DNA of 64,000 nt, taken from NCBI GenBank assembly GCA_965371245.1, contig CBDUXT010000007.1, forward strand, positions 12,999 through 76,998, in the 5' to 3' direction. A program made the translations under genes and the position numbers. Shown piece after piece: positions 10,539 through 20,025 of the stretch. Position 1 is the stretch's first letter. Every line of letters starts with the position of its first letter. The stretch comes from an uncultured bacterium (lineage in GTDB: Bacteria > Planctomycetota > Phycisphaerae > UBA1845). Under the pieces are notes generated by a model. It was not told the DNA's origin. It worked only from the letters and a program-made list of their open reading frames with translations, and searched no databases.

Positions 10539-10868
10539 TCATGAGGTTGAACCGCACGGGCAGGTCACTTCGGTCGTTCCGCTGGGGCATTCTTTGGTCT
10601 GATAGATGTCGCAGTAGCCAGCCCCCTCGCAACAGAGTACTCCGCCGCCTTCTGGGTCGGACAACCGCCTCTCGATCCCCTTGCCTCCGTCCAGGAGCGG
10701 CGAGAAGTTGCCCACATCCGTCTGACCGCTAAGAACGAAGCTCACCATCGAGCCGCTCAGCTCGTTGACGCCCGCGGATCCAAGAATGTCACTCGGTTGG
10801 CACACAGAACCCAAACCAAGAAGACCGACAGCCGACAGACTTAAAGCGAAACCCTTTCCTGCAAACAT
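10539..10868 (-). CDS. Small secreted Cys-rich protein (109 aa)
   Basis: Internal ATG at 10868 with AAGGAG 7 nt upstream. Signal-like MFAGKGFALSLSAVGLLGLGSV. The C-terminal 35 aa carry 6 Cys (VLCCEGAGYCDIYQTKECPSGTTEVTCPCG). The longer ORF (to 11069) has an Arg-rich, implausible N-terminus. Confidence 0.55.
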   Translation of the reverse strand: MFAGKGFALSLSAVGLLGLGSVCQPSDILGSAGVNELSGSMVSFVLSGQTDVGNFSPLLDGGKGIERRLSDPEGGGVLCCEGAGYCDIYQTKECPSGTTEVTCPCGSTS

Positions 10869-11686
10869 CACATGACTCCTTCTTTCGCGCGCAAAGCGGG
10901 CACGTTGCCCCAACGCGGCGCGTCGGGCCAAGCAACGGTTCCCTATTGCGAGGTGTGTTCTGGCGTTTCGGCCCCCAGGCACCGACCACGCGGCCCCCGA
11001 ATCCTTCGAGGTGCGCACACCGATGGCCCACCGCGCCGAGCGCAGGGTCACGGCGCTTTGCCGACCCACGCTACGAAACGGAAGTCATCACCGATGTGGT
11101 TGGCGCTCTTAGAGGTCTCTCGCTCTCTATGTTATTGATGGTAGAAGGCGCCCAGACCGTGCGCGCATCTTCAAGAAATTGTCCTGTCTCCTGCGAGCGC
11201 GCGGGTTGATGTCCCGCGTGCGATCCCTCGAGTGGTCCGGCCCAACGCATGCAGGATCCCGCGAAGCATCGTTGACCGTGAAGAGACCAGCCCAAGAGGC
11301 CGCATCGAGCGAGTGTGCGAGAGCATGAGCCAGGGCACGAGGAGGAATACCAGGAAGAAACGAAGCCAAGGTCGACCGCGTGAGGCTACGACGTTCGTAC
11401 AGCGAAGCTCGTGCAACGCAAAGCCGCCGTCAAGCTAGAGGCGACCCTTCCGGCAGGCACCGCCGCCTGCAACCCTCCGCCAGAAAACTCAGCGCACTCC
11501 GTGATTCCTGGCCGGGTTCGACGCTTGGTAATCAGCGGGCGGCGCAAGTCAGCCCTGAGCGTGAGGCTGTTGCCGCGACGCACCTGATTGAGGCTCAGTT
11601 CGACAAGCGATGTGCCGACGAGCGACTCAACTTGCGAGCGCGACAGCCGTTTGTCCAAGTCCGGGATTGACCGGCGGGAGAATAAC

Positions 11687-12562
11687 ATGGTTCGTAACAC
11701 GACGAGTGTAGCGGTCTATTGGGATTTCGAGAACGTACATTTGGCTCTGCGCGATGCGGACAAGAGCAAGCCAGCCCAGGCCGGAAAGTACGGGAAGGAG
11801 TTGGCGTTGGTCAAGATTGCGCCCGTCATGCGATACTTTGAATCGCTCGGCGACGTCGTCGTGCACAAGGCCTTTGCGGACTGGCGTCGTTTCTCGTGCT
11901 ATCAGTGGTCGTGCCTCAAGCACAGCATCGACCTGGTGCAGCTGTTCCCACCTGGACGGCATGCCAAGAACGGCGCTGACATCCGCCTTGCGGTCGAGGC
12001 CATCGATGATGTCTCTCGTCTGAGTCATATCTCACGGGTCGTCATTCTCGGGGGAGACAGCGACTTCATCCCGCTTGCGCAAAAGCTCCGCCAGCTCGGC
12101 AAGACTGTGATTGGGATCGCCGTGCGGGAATCCACGAACGAATACTGGCCGCATGCCTGTAGTGAATTCAGGTACTACCGTTCGCTGCTAGACGACAACA
12201 CTGCGGGCACCGGCAACGGAAGCGTGAAACGACAGCCCAGCGACTCCGCGACGAGCGCAGAGAAACTCGTGGCCGCAGCCGTGCGTGCTGCGCGAGGATC
12301 GTCTTCAGGCGACTGGGTAACCGCGTCGTCCGTGGGCCACGAACTCGGCCAGATTTACGCAGGCTTTGATTCAAGAAACTTCGGATGTCGATCACTTGTG
12401 GACATGCTGAAATCATGTGTCATCGTCGAGGTTCGTAAGAGCGGCGACGCCGTGTCCGTGCGCCTTCGGGAATCTGCATCCAAGACGAAAAACGGAAGTG
12501 GTCACGCAGCAAGCCAGGTCAGACTAAACGACGAAGCTCAGGCCGAAAGAAGCGTTGCGTGA
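11687..12562 (+). CDS. NYN (LabA/DUF88-like) nuclease domain protein with C-terminal OST-HTH/LOTUS-like domain
   Basis: VAVYWDFENV, ADWRRF, NGADIRLAVEAID and VVILGGDSDFIPLAQKLRQLGKTVIGIAV match the NYN/LabA pattern. The C-terminal WVTASSVGHELGQIYAGFDSRNFGCRSLVDMLKS...VEVRKSG resembles OST-HTH. Confidence 0.75.
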   Translation: MVRNTTSVAVYWDFENVHLALRDADKSKPAQAGKYGKELALVKIAPVMRYFESLGDVVVHKAFADWRRFSCYQWSCLKHSIDLVQLFPPGRHAKNGADIRLAVEAIDDVSRLSHISRVVILGGDSDFIPLAQKLRQLGKTVIGIAVRESTNEYWPHACSEFRYYRSLLDDNTAGTGNGSVKRQPSDSATSAEKLVAAAVRAARGSSSGDWVTASSVGHELGQIYAGFDSRNFGCRSLVDMLKSCVIVEVRKSGDAVSVRLRESASKTKNGSGHAASQVRLNDEAQAERSVA

Positions 12563-12952
12563 ACTACGCGATTCGCCAGGCAGATGCATCGGCCCTAAGC
12601 CACTCGTACCGACTTAAGACAACGACGTGGAATCCACGTCGTTGCGAACAGCTCCAGACCTCGGGGAGCCCGTCCGCAGGCGGGGCCAGCGGCACACCCT
12701 TTCGGCCGTCGCCGACTCGCTTCGCTCGGTCCGGGCGAGCGACGGCCGAAAGGGTCCCGAGCCGCAGGCCGTCAGCAAAGCCTGTTCTGTAAGCAGCGCA
12801 TGCGTACTCGTTTGCTCTGAGATTTCCGCAAGGGCGGGTCACGGTTTTTTCCTGGCACGAGGGAGCCTCTGGGTATGCCTCGAGTGGAATCGCCGCTGAA
12901 GGCCGGTTTGCGTCTCTTGGTACTTGCCCCTGCCGGCTGATCTGTGCCATGA

Positions 12953-14341
12953 TCACGTCATGGACAAATTCAACCCGTATACAGACTCCCTCGACGAGTA
13001 CGCTAGGTTTCGTGCTGCCCTGATGGAGAGCGTGACATCCGTGACCGACTCGCTGCGCGCTATTGGCGATGAGCTTGCCGCGGCCAACGAGACCGGTGAG
13101 GCGTGCTTCTTTGAGCATATGGCCGGGGCCGTGCAGCTGTTCGCCACCCGTTGGGCCGCCGGCCAGCAGACCTTTTCAACCAGGTCCGTGATCAAACGGT
13201 CAAGTGGTTTGTTCGACGCGGACGTCGGCTGGCGTTGACGGCTATCGCCTGCAGCTCGCCGTAGCATCGCCTGGGCACGATCCTCGTCGGCCTGCGACAC
13301 GAAGCGCCAGAGCGACTGGCGAACCACCGTAACAAACAAGCCGCACGGATTACGTGTGGCTACCCGCAGCGCATGCTGCGCCGCCGCGAAGAACCGTAGC
13401 CGCGACGCAGGGCAATCCGCCGCGAGCCCGACTTCCACCGCCCTCCGAAATCGCAGCATCAGCCGATCGGGATCACGCAGCTCTTTTATCGACAATGAAC
13501 GGAGCGCGTTCGACGGAGCGACCTCTGGTTTCGGTTGATTCGCCGTAGGCACCACGGACGGTTCTTGGTTCTTAGGATCCGTAAGGAGTTCTTGTTTCTT
13601 AATAGGGGGTGGCGATTTGGTGCTGTTTTCGCTCCGGCGGGGTGGCGATTCGGTGTCGGGGCCGCGCCACTGCGTGTTCACCCGTACCGCGGACCCGTGT
13701 CGTCGTGTCCACCTGTAGGTTGCCCGATCCTTTTCCATCCAGCCGAGCGGTACGACGGTAGCGGCGGCCCGTTTCACCGTGCGAACATCCAGGCCAAAGA
13801 GCTCCGCGACGAAGCGTATCGAGCAGCGGCCGCGTGAGTTGAACTCGCCGCCGGCCCGCACGTGACAACAACGAATCGTGATACCGAGCATGTATGCGAC
13901 AACGGCAGTCGACCCTCCAGCCGCCAGGTACCGCAACGCCTGGCGCGGCACGGGGATAGTACCGCGACGTGAGATACGGGCCGCCATATCGCGTGCTTGC
14001 CGGCCGAGTTCCACGCATGCCTTCAGTTCCACACGGCCATCTTTCTGCCGCAGGAGTCCGACTCGTTCGAGTTGTGCGAGGGCGGCGCGCACCTGCGACG
14101 CGCGAGCACAGCGGACCAGCAACTGAAGCTCCAGAACGACGGTGTCCCGCCAAAGCCCCTCACCACGCTTGGTTTCCTGGAGGCTCGCAACCTTCCGGCG
14201 CTCAGCGACCTCGTGAAGGCCAAGAAACACGCGAAAGCCAAGCCACGACAGCTCGCGCGACTTGTATGCACACCAGGCGGCGCACAGGTGATCAATGGAC
14301 AATAACCGATAGCCACCCTGCGGTTTTGTGACGTGTGCCAT
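12953..14341 (-). CDS. Hypothetical protein with two winged-helix-like segments (possible plasmid Rep-like protein)
   Basis: Long ORF, start placed at MAHVTKPQGGYRLL. wHTH-like stretches RAALAQLERVGLLRQKDGRVEL and RFVAELFGLDVRTVKRAAATV. Divergent from parA. The last ~95 codons overlap a convergent ORF and look compositionally poor. Function is inference only. Confidence 0.45.
   Translation of the reverse strand: MAHVTKPQGGYRLLSIDHLCAAWCAYKSRELSWLGFRVFLGLHEVAERRKVASLQETKRGEGLWRDTVVLELQLLVRCARASQVRAALAQLERVGLLRQKDGRVELKACVELGRQARDMAARISRRGTIPVPRQALRYLAAGGSTAVVAYMLGITIRCCHVRAGGEFNSRGRCSIRFVAELFGLDVRTVKRAAATVVPLGWMEKDRATYRWTRRHGSAVRVNTQWRGPDTESPPRRSENSTKSPPPIKKQELLTDPKNQEPSVVPTANQPKPEVAPSNALRSLSIKELRDPDRLMLRFRRAVEVGLAADCPASRLRFFAAAQHALRVATRNPCGLFVTVVRQSLWRFVSQADEDRAQAMLRRAAGDSRQRQPTSASNKPLDRLITDLVEKVCWPAAQRVANSCTAPAICSKKHASPVSLAAASSSPIARSESVTDVTLSIRAARNLAYSSRESVYGLNLSMT
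12960..13238 (+). CDS. Possible small helical protein overlapping the 3' end of the minus-strand ORF
   Basis: MDKFNPYTDSLDEYARFRAALMESVTSVTDSLRAIGDELAAANETGEACFFEHMAG reads as a natural helical protein. It shares wobble positions with the antisense ORF, so codon bias cannot discriminate the two. Confidence 0.3.
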   Translation: MDKFNPYTDSLDEYARFRAALMESVTSVTDSLRAIGDELAAANETGEACFFEHMAGAVQLFATRWAAGQQTFSTRSVIKRSSGLFDADVGWR

Positions 14342-14690
14342 GCGATTCCCCCCGTTGATGGTGTCGCCGGTGAGGCATTGACGAGGAACGCGACGGGCGC
14401 CGATTGTTCTTGACGCAGGGAACCGGTGTGCTACGGTGAGGTTGCGGCTTCTGGCCGCGTGCAAACTACCTATTCCTGCGGCAGGTTCAGGGCGCGGTCT
14501 TGCTTTGTCCTGGCCTGTCTCGGGGATTTTCTCCTGAGCTATCCCCTCCAGCGTGTTGTTAAACCAAACGCCTCCACCATACGATGCTGGCAGAAATGCG
14601 CAAGTGTTTTTTTGCGTACAGGCCGGCATGCAAGCATGCTCGCCAACAAAAAGGCTTGCGCTATTGCTCGTTTCGTGTCATAGCTGGGCC

Positions 14691-15401
14691 ATGTTCATCG
14701 CAATCGTGAATCAAAAGGGCGGTGTCGGCAAAACGACGATTGCCGTTCACCTGGCCATGTGGCTCGCGGAGCGCGGGGGCAGGATTGCCCTCATCGACAC
14801 GGACGAACAACAGACCGCGTCGCGTTGGCTTTCAGAGTCCGGCCAACACGTCAGAGTCATCACCGAGCACCGGGCGGAGGCACTCATCGAGTGTGGGCCG
14901 GCGTTGTCGGAGAGCTTCGATTTTGTAATCGCCGACGGTCCGGCCAACCTGGCCGAGTCTTCGCGTGCGTTGCTGCTCGTGGCAGACGTGGCCGTTATTC
15001 CGTGCGGGGCCACCGTGCCCGAGCTGGAGTCGACGAGCGCCACGATTCGGATGCTACGAAACGCCCAGGCGGTTCGGCGAACTGGGCTGCCCAGGGCGCT
15101 CCTGGTGTTGAGCCGTATGAAGCCCACACGCTTCCGGCTGACACGCGACGCAATGGAGGCCGCACACGCGTTTGGGACTCGGGTCGCCCGACACTCGGTA
15201 CCGGCACGCGAGGCCATCGCGGATGCCCCCGGCCAGCGAACGGCCGTCTGGAGGTTGGGGCCGCACGCACGCGACGCAGCTAACGGACTCGTACTGTTGC
15301 TAGAGGAGATAGAAAACTATGCCCAAGAATCGACGAAGCGCACTGGCGACGCTCACGGCGGAGCAGGAGACGTTCCTACGTCCGCCGCCAAGGCCGCCTG
15401 A
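14691..15401 (+). CDS. parA: ParA/Soj-family partition ATPase
   Basis: Deviant Walker A at the N-terminus, [22 protein letters not shown]. Also [13 protein letters not shown] and [14 protein letters not shown] is open from 14553 and the start is placed at [11 protein letters not shown]. Confidence 0.85.
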   Translation: MFIAIVNQKGGVGKTTIAVHLAMWLAERGGRIALIDTDEQQTASRWLSESGQHVRVITEHRAEALIECGPALSESFDFVIADGPANLAESSRALLLVADVAVIPCGATVPELESTSATIRMLRNAQAVRRTGLPRALLVLSRMKPTRFRLTRDAMEAAHAFGTRVARHSVPAREAIADAPGQRTAVWRLGPHARDAANGLVLLLEEIENYAQESTKRTGDAHGGAGDVPTSAAKAA

Positions 15402-15669
15402 AACGCTAGCCCCGAAAGTGAGCCCATCGCCCAAACCACAGACACGCGTCGCTGGACCGATGCGAAGAGAACCGAACGTGGCATCAATGAATCATGCACG
15501 GCCGCTACGGTCAGTTACGCTTCGCTTGACCCCCGATGTGGCTGTTCTTCTGAGGCGTGCCTCCATCGAACGCTCACTTGACTACCAAGAGCCCTTTACC
15601 CAGCAGAGAATCACGGAGGACGCGCTTCGCGACTGGCTCGCCTCTCGCGGATACCGGACTAAGAAGTAG
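15319..15669 (+). CDS. Small basic protein downstream of parA (possible ParG/RHH-type centromere-binding partner)
   Basis: Overlaps the parA 3' end. The C-terminal [44 protein letters not shown] resembles a ribbon-helix-helix. The Pro-rich N-terminus is disordered-looking. Confidence 0.4.
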   Translation: MPKNRRSALATLTAEQETFLRPPPRPPETLAPKVSPSPKPQTRVAGPMRREPNVASMNHARPLRSVTLRLTPDVAVLLRRASIERSLDYQEPFTQQRITEDALRDWLASRGYRTKK

Positions 15670-16399
15670 CGGCTTCGGCGGCACGTTGCGATAGTCCGCC
15701 GACCCCTCCTACGGGCGAGCTCGGCCAACTTCGGTCCGTCATCATCAAGGCCCAGCACAACTGCCGGTCAGACCGAATCAGGTACGCTCGCATGGAAGAC
15801 GTTCCCATCCAGCACGAGCACTGCGTCGTGTTTCGGCGGGACCGATAGGGGGGCGGGTGCCGAGGAATCCTCGGTCTCCCGTCCAGCCCGTTTCCCGAGC
15901 GATTTGCTCGGGATTCGCCGGAAACGGTGCTCGCAGCCACCCCGCCGCCGGCTCCTCCAGCCCCGCTCGCCAGTGTCTTCTGGATGCCATCCCGCCCGCT
16001 CCACCACCTATCGGCGGTGCGAAAACCCACGCTGGCGACGAAGCCAAGGCGGGCCCCAACGACCGCCCACGGGCGCACCGGCACACGGTTCACGTGGCCC
16101 ACGTGATGCCCCGTGTGACGGTACACCCACGGGGCATCTCAAGAACACATCGACGTGACACAAACCACGACCACGCAACGAGTTACATTCCGATGGGACA
16201 CCAGCGACGGTACACGAGTTGTCGGTTCGTTCGGGATGCCGCTCCACGCCGCCGTTCGGCACGGGCCATGATCGGCCGCTTCGACCGGTCCCGTCCACCG
16301 TCGATTCCGCTACCGTGCATTTAAGGATCCATCCGCACGATGGAAACTGCTCCTGCGGGCGGGTCTCGACTACCAGGAACACGAACCGGGAGAAGTGCT

Positions 16400-19138
16400 T
16401 CACCTGGGATCCGAGGGCGGAGCTTCAGATGGGTCCTTTGAAGGACCAATTTGGCCCAGAAAGCTTCGGGCCCGGTTCAATACCGTTTCGGCTTCGTTGT
16501 TGGCCGGTTCTAACTCGACCGCCGTCTGCGCCGCAACGACGGCCGGACCGTAGGCCCCAAGAGCCACTTCTGCCTTGGCAAGCTCGACAAGCAGACCCAC
16601 GTGGGTTGGGTTGTCATGGCGGGCGGCGACGGCTAACGATCGAGCAAGTTCGGCGTCGCCAAAGCGCCGAGCCACCGAGGAGTTCCATGCACGGGTCTCC
16701 GGCTGCAGATTCTCCAGGATCGCAAACGCCTTGAGGTTCCTCAGAGTACGTTTCGGATCCGGTCTTGTCCGTGCGAGTTCAGCCTTGAGCGCAAGGTACG
16801 TAGAGCCCCGCTGCACTTTGACCATCGACGGGCTAGTCGCCGCGTACCATGCCGCTTCCTCCGCCTCCTCGAAGCGCCCCGTCGCAAATAGGCATTTTGC
16901 GTACAGAAACCGGGGGAACCCGTCGTCAAGAAACGGAATAGCTGACTCAAGCGGCTCTATCGCCGCCTGATGTTTCTCAAGAAGGATAGGAACAAGAGAT
17001 TCTATTGTCGGCCACCAGGTCGCCGCTATCGGGGGCGGCATGAAGTCGATGGACGGAAACCTTGCTTCCGAGTTTCCCGCGATGCCCATACTTTGCACGA
17101 GGGCCATCAGGTGCGGCGCCACGGAAACCAACGCCTCGACGAACTGGGATGCACTGTTGGGGGCTGCTGGATCGCTGGAATCGGCGTACACCAGCGCTTG
17201 CGGCACACCCGCGAAGGCCACGCCCAGGGTTTGCAGGAAGTTCGGATCGTAAGGCGGTCCGATGTTGGCTAACGCATCGGACATGCCCGCCGTGTCCCCA
17301 TCGAGCGCGCGGCAAATTGCGATCCCGACCCATGCACTCGGATCCTCTGGGAACTTTGCGAGCGACGTTCCGAAGTGCTCAATCGCCTTTCCTACGTTAC
17401 CGTTGAACATGACGGCCGCCCCGAGCATCAACGAGGCCCGGTAGTGGAAGGGGTCCAGTTCCAGCGCACGATTCAGGAACTCAATCGTGTCCGGAAGCCC
17501 GGTTGCGATCAAAGCGCGGGCGTATGCGTCGTCGGCGACGGGTAGCCCCCTCTCAATCGCGCTTCGGATTAGCGCAACGCCAGCGTCTTGGCGTAGCGGT
17601 TTCCACAGATCGTAAACGCCCCGCCAGAGTTCGACTTGGCCGCGGTGTACGCCGATTTCCGAATCCGTGAGTGCCATCAGTTGGTCTAGCTCGGCCATTC
17701 CGCTCGGCCGGTCATACAACGCGTCCCAAGCCATGATCTTCTGTAGCCGCATCTCGATGGGATCCGGATGGCCCAGCGCTAATGCCAAGTCCGCGTGTTC
17801 GAGCACGGGTTCCCATTTTCCGCGCTGGGCGGCGAGGCGCGCCGCTTGAGCCGCGGAATCTGCCAGAGCCAGTTGCTTGATCTGCTGAGCCTGCTCCGCC
17901 GACTCCTTTGCCCGCCTCTCACCAATTGCGAAGTCCAGTGAAACAACGATGCCGGCAAGCAGAACAACGAACACGGCAGCCACGCTGGCTGCGGCCCCTT
18001 TGTTTCGACGGAGGAATTTTCTGAACCGGTAGCTGGCGCTCGGTGGACCCGCGGACACCGGCTCATGTCGTATGTGCCGCGCTATGTCCTCAGCAAGCGC
18101 CGAAACCGTGGCGTAGCGACGGGAGGCGTCCTTCTCCAGCGCCTTCATCGCAATCCAATCAAGGTCTCCCCGGAGCTGTTGCGCGAGCCGACGGGGGTCC
18201 GAGCGACGTTTTTCAGCGATCGTTCCCGATTCCGTTCCCAGGCCGCTGAGTCGAGTGCTCGGCTTGGGAGGCTCTACCTCACGAATGATGCGCTGAATCT
18301 CCGCGTAGCCGGCTCGCCGAAGGGCTCTTGAATCAAACGGAAGGGCTCCGACCAAGATTTCGTAGAGCAGAACGCCAAGCGAGTACACATCTGATCGGGT
18401 ATCGACATCTGAATCGGTCGCGCCCGCTTGCTCCGGGCTCATGTACTCGGGCGTTCCGACAAGCTGGCCCTGTTCGGTGAACAAGGTCTGCTCCGTCAGT
18501 TCGTGCCCTATCGCCTTGGCCACACCGAAGTCGATGATCTTCGGCACGGGTTTGTCGTCATGTGTCGCAACCAGAATATTCGAAGGCTTGATGTCGCGGT
18601 GGATCACACCTTTTTGATGAGCATGCTGCACACCGCCGCAGACCTGCACAAAAACGCCGAGGCGCTGGCGCATGTCGAGTTGCTCGCGATCACAATAGCT
18701 CGTGATGCGTTCGCCCGCCACGTACTCCATGACAAAGTACGGTCGAGCGTCCGTGCTGGTTCCGGCATCCAAGACCTTGGCAATGTTCGGATGGTTCATC
18801 AGCGCCAGCGCCTGCCGTTCGCTCTCGAACCGTGCAAGCACTTCCTTGGTGTCCATACCGAGTTTGATCACCTTCAGGGCGACACGACGTCGAATGGGTT
18901 CATGCTGCTCAGCCAAGTACACGGTGCCCATCCCGCCTTCTCCAAGCGCTTCCAGTATTCGGTAGGGTCCGATTTGGCTCGGAAGCGCTACTGCACGCCT
19001 TAGCCTTTCGGCTTCACGGCGCAGCAAGGGCGTGTCTTCGTCTGAGGGAACGCTCTTGGCCTGAGCGCGTGCCTTCGCAATCAGGTCGTGGTGCGACCGG
19101 GAACGCTCCGAATCGTCGCTCTTGGGTTCGCTTGGCAT
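16400..19138 (-). CDS. Ser/Thr protein kinase with TM segment and C-terminal TPR-like repeats (912 aa)
   Basis: GEGGMGTVYLAEQ, VALKVI, HRDIKPSNILV, DFGVAK, GTPEYMSPEQ, DVYSLGVLLYEIL. TM helix AASVAAVFVVLLAGIVVSL. The Ala/Leu-rich C-terminus is helical-repeat-like. Confidence 0.9.
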   Translation of the reverse strand: MPSEPKSDDSERSRSHHDLIAKARAQAKSVPSDEDTPLLRREAERLRRAVALPSQIGPYRILEALGEGGMGTVYLAEQHEPIRRRVALKVIKLGMDTKEVLARFESERQALALMNHPNIAKVLDAGTSTDARPYFVMEYVAGERITSYCDREQLDMRQRLGVFVQVCGGVQHAHQKGVIHRDIKPSNILVATHDDKPVPKIIDFGVAKAIGHELTEQTLFTEQGQLVGTPEYMSPEQAGATDSDVDTRSDVYSLGVLLYEILVGALPFDSRALRRAGYAEIQRIIREVEPPKPSTRLSGLGTESGTIAEKRRSDPRRLAQQLRGDLDWIAMKALEKDASRRYATVSALAEDIARHIRHEPVSAGPPSASYRFRKFLRRNKGAAASVAAVFVVLLAGIVVSLDFAIGERRAKESAEQAQQIKQLALADSAAQAARLAAQRGKWEPVLEHADLALALGHPDPIEMRLQKIMAWDALYDRPSGMAELDQLMALTDSEIGVHRGQVELWRGVYDLWKPLRQDAGVALIRSAIERGLPVADDAYARALIATGLPDTIEFLNRALELDPFHYRASLMLGAAVMFNGNVGKAIEHFGTSLAKFPEDPSAWVGIAICRALDGDTAGMSDALANIGPPYDPNFLQTLGVAFAGVPQALVYADSSDPAAPNSASQFVEALVSVAPHLMALVQSMGIAGNSEARFPSIDFMPPPIAATWWPTIESLVPILLEKHQAAIEPLESAIPFLDDGFPRFLYAKCLFATGRFEEAEEAAWYAATSPSMVKVQRGSTYLALKAELARTRPDPKRTLRNLKAFAILENLQPETRAWNSSVARRFGDAELARSLAVAARHDNPTHVGLLVELAKAEVALGAYGPAVVAAQTAVELEPANNEAETVLNRARSFLGQIGPSKDPSEAPPSDPR

Positions 19139-19196
19139 ACACTACCTCACAAAAGAGGTGACTCCGACTCCTTCGAGCGACTTGGGATCACGCCAG

Positions 19197-19823
19197 TCAC
19201 GGCGAATCAGTAAAAAACTGAGACGGTGTGCCCAGAAGGTCGCGCAGGCGGTCGTAGGCCCGAGCTCGCAGCATGTGCACGGCCCCCTTCGACCGGCCAA
19301 GCGCCTCGGCAACCTCACCCGGCGGTTTCTGTTCCAGGTCAAGCTCCCGCACGACCGTTTGATAATCATGGGGAAGCTTGGCCAGGGCACGCTCCAAGAG
19401 CTGCCGGGCCTCGCCCGCGGCAACTTGTCGACTGGGCGTTGCGTCCGAGCCGGCGAGATTACCGAAGAGTGTGATGTACGTTTCGTCGCTTCGAACGCGC
19501 GTGAGCTTCTTGCCGCGCGGCGGACGTTTGTCGCGGTCCAACGCGCGAATCGCATCGAGCATGTTGTTATGAGCGATCCGCTGCAGCCAACGGACGAAGG
19601 ATCCAACGCCTTCGGGTTCGAATCGACGGAATCGCATGAAGGCTTCCAGGTAGGTAACCTGAAGCACATCGTCCACGCCAAACGCGCTGCGATACCGCTG
19701 GGCGATTTTTCCGTCCAGGCTAGCCTCGACCTGCGGTCCGACCCGGGTTAGTAGCTCGCTCAGGGAGTCTTCATCGCCGGCCACGGCCTGATGAAGGAGT
19801 TCGTTGTCGCTTGCCGGCATCAC
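19197..19823 (-). CDS. ECF-type sigma-70 family factor
   Basis: Region 2 FGVDDVLQVTYLEAF...VGSFVRWLQRIAHNNMLDAIR. Region 4 LPHDYQTVVRELDLEQKPPGEVAEALGRSKGAVHMLRARAYDRL. Sits immediately upstream of the kinase gene on the same strand. Confidence 0.85.
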   Translation of the reverse strand: MMPASDNELLHQAVAGDEDSLSELLTRVGPQVEASLDGKIAQRYRSAFGVDDVLQVTYLEAFMRFRRFEPEGVGSFVRWLQRIAHNNMLDAIRALDRDKRPPRGKKLTRVRSDETYITLFGNLAGSDATPSRQVAAGEARQLLERALAKLPHDYQTVVRELDLEQKPPGEVAEALGRSKGAVHMLRARAYDRLRDLLGTPSQFFTDSP

Positions 19824-20025
19824 CTCTCCTCGCCTACCACATCACCAGCACTGATCTTCACCTGTTTGCGCGCAGATGCAAGAAATCGAAGAATCGGCGT
19901 GATTCCCTCCTGATCTCAACGCTCGAACCATTATGAGGGGCTGATATCGGCCCGTGTGCCCCGAAACGAGATTCGGTTTGTTTCGGAGCACCCGACCAGG
20001 TGAAAGGCTCCCAGGAGTTGGCCCG

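Noticed and set aside
11100-11700. Minus-strand fragments (DLDKRLSRSQVESL...ECAEFSGGGLQAAVPAGR) faintly resembling a serine recombinase (LDRLSRS...AEFER...G).
   Set aside because: The similarity is limited to two short patches, is interrupted by frame changes, and partly overlaps the upstream region of the NYN gene. It is not strong enough to call even as a pseudogene without a profile search.
15670-16399. ORFs between the parA partner gene and the kinase stop (15659..16126, 15857..16324, 16008..16403).
   Set aside because: All are Arg/Pro/Gly-rich overlapping frames with no motifs. The region could hold a centromere-like site, but I saw no clear iterated repeats.
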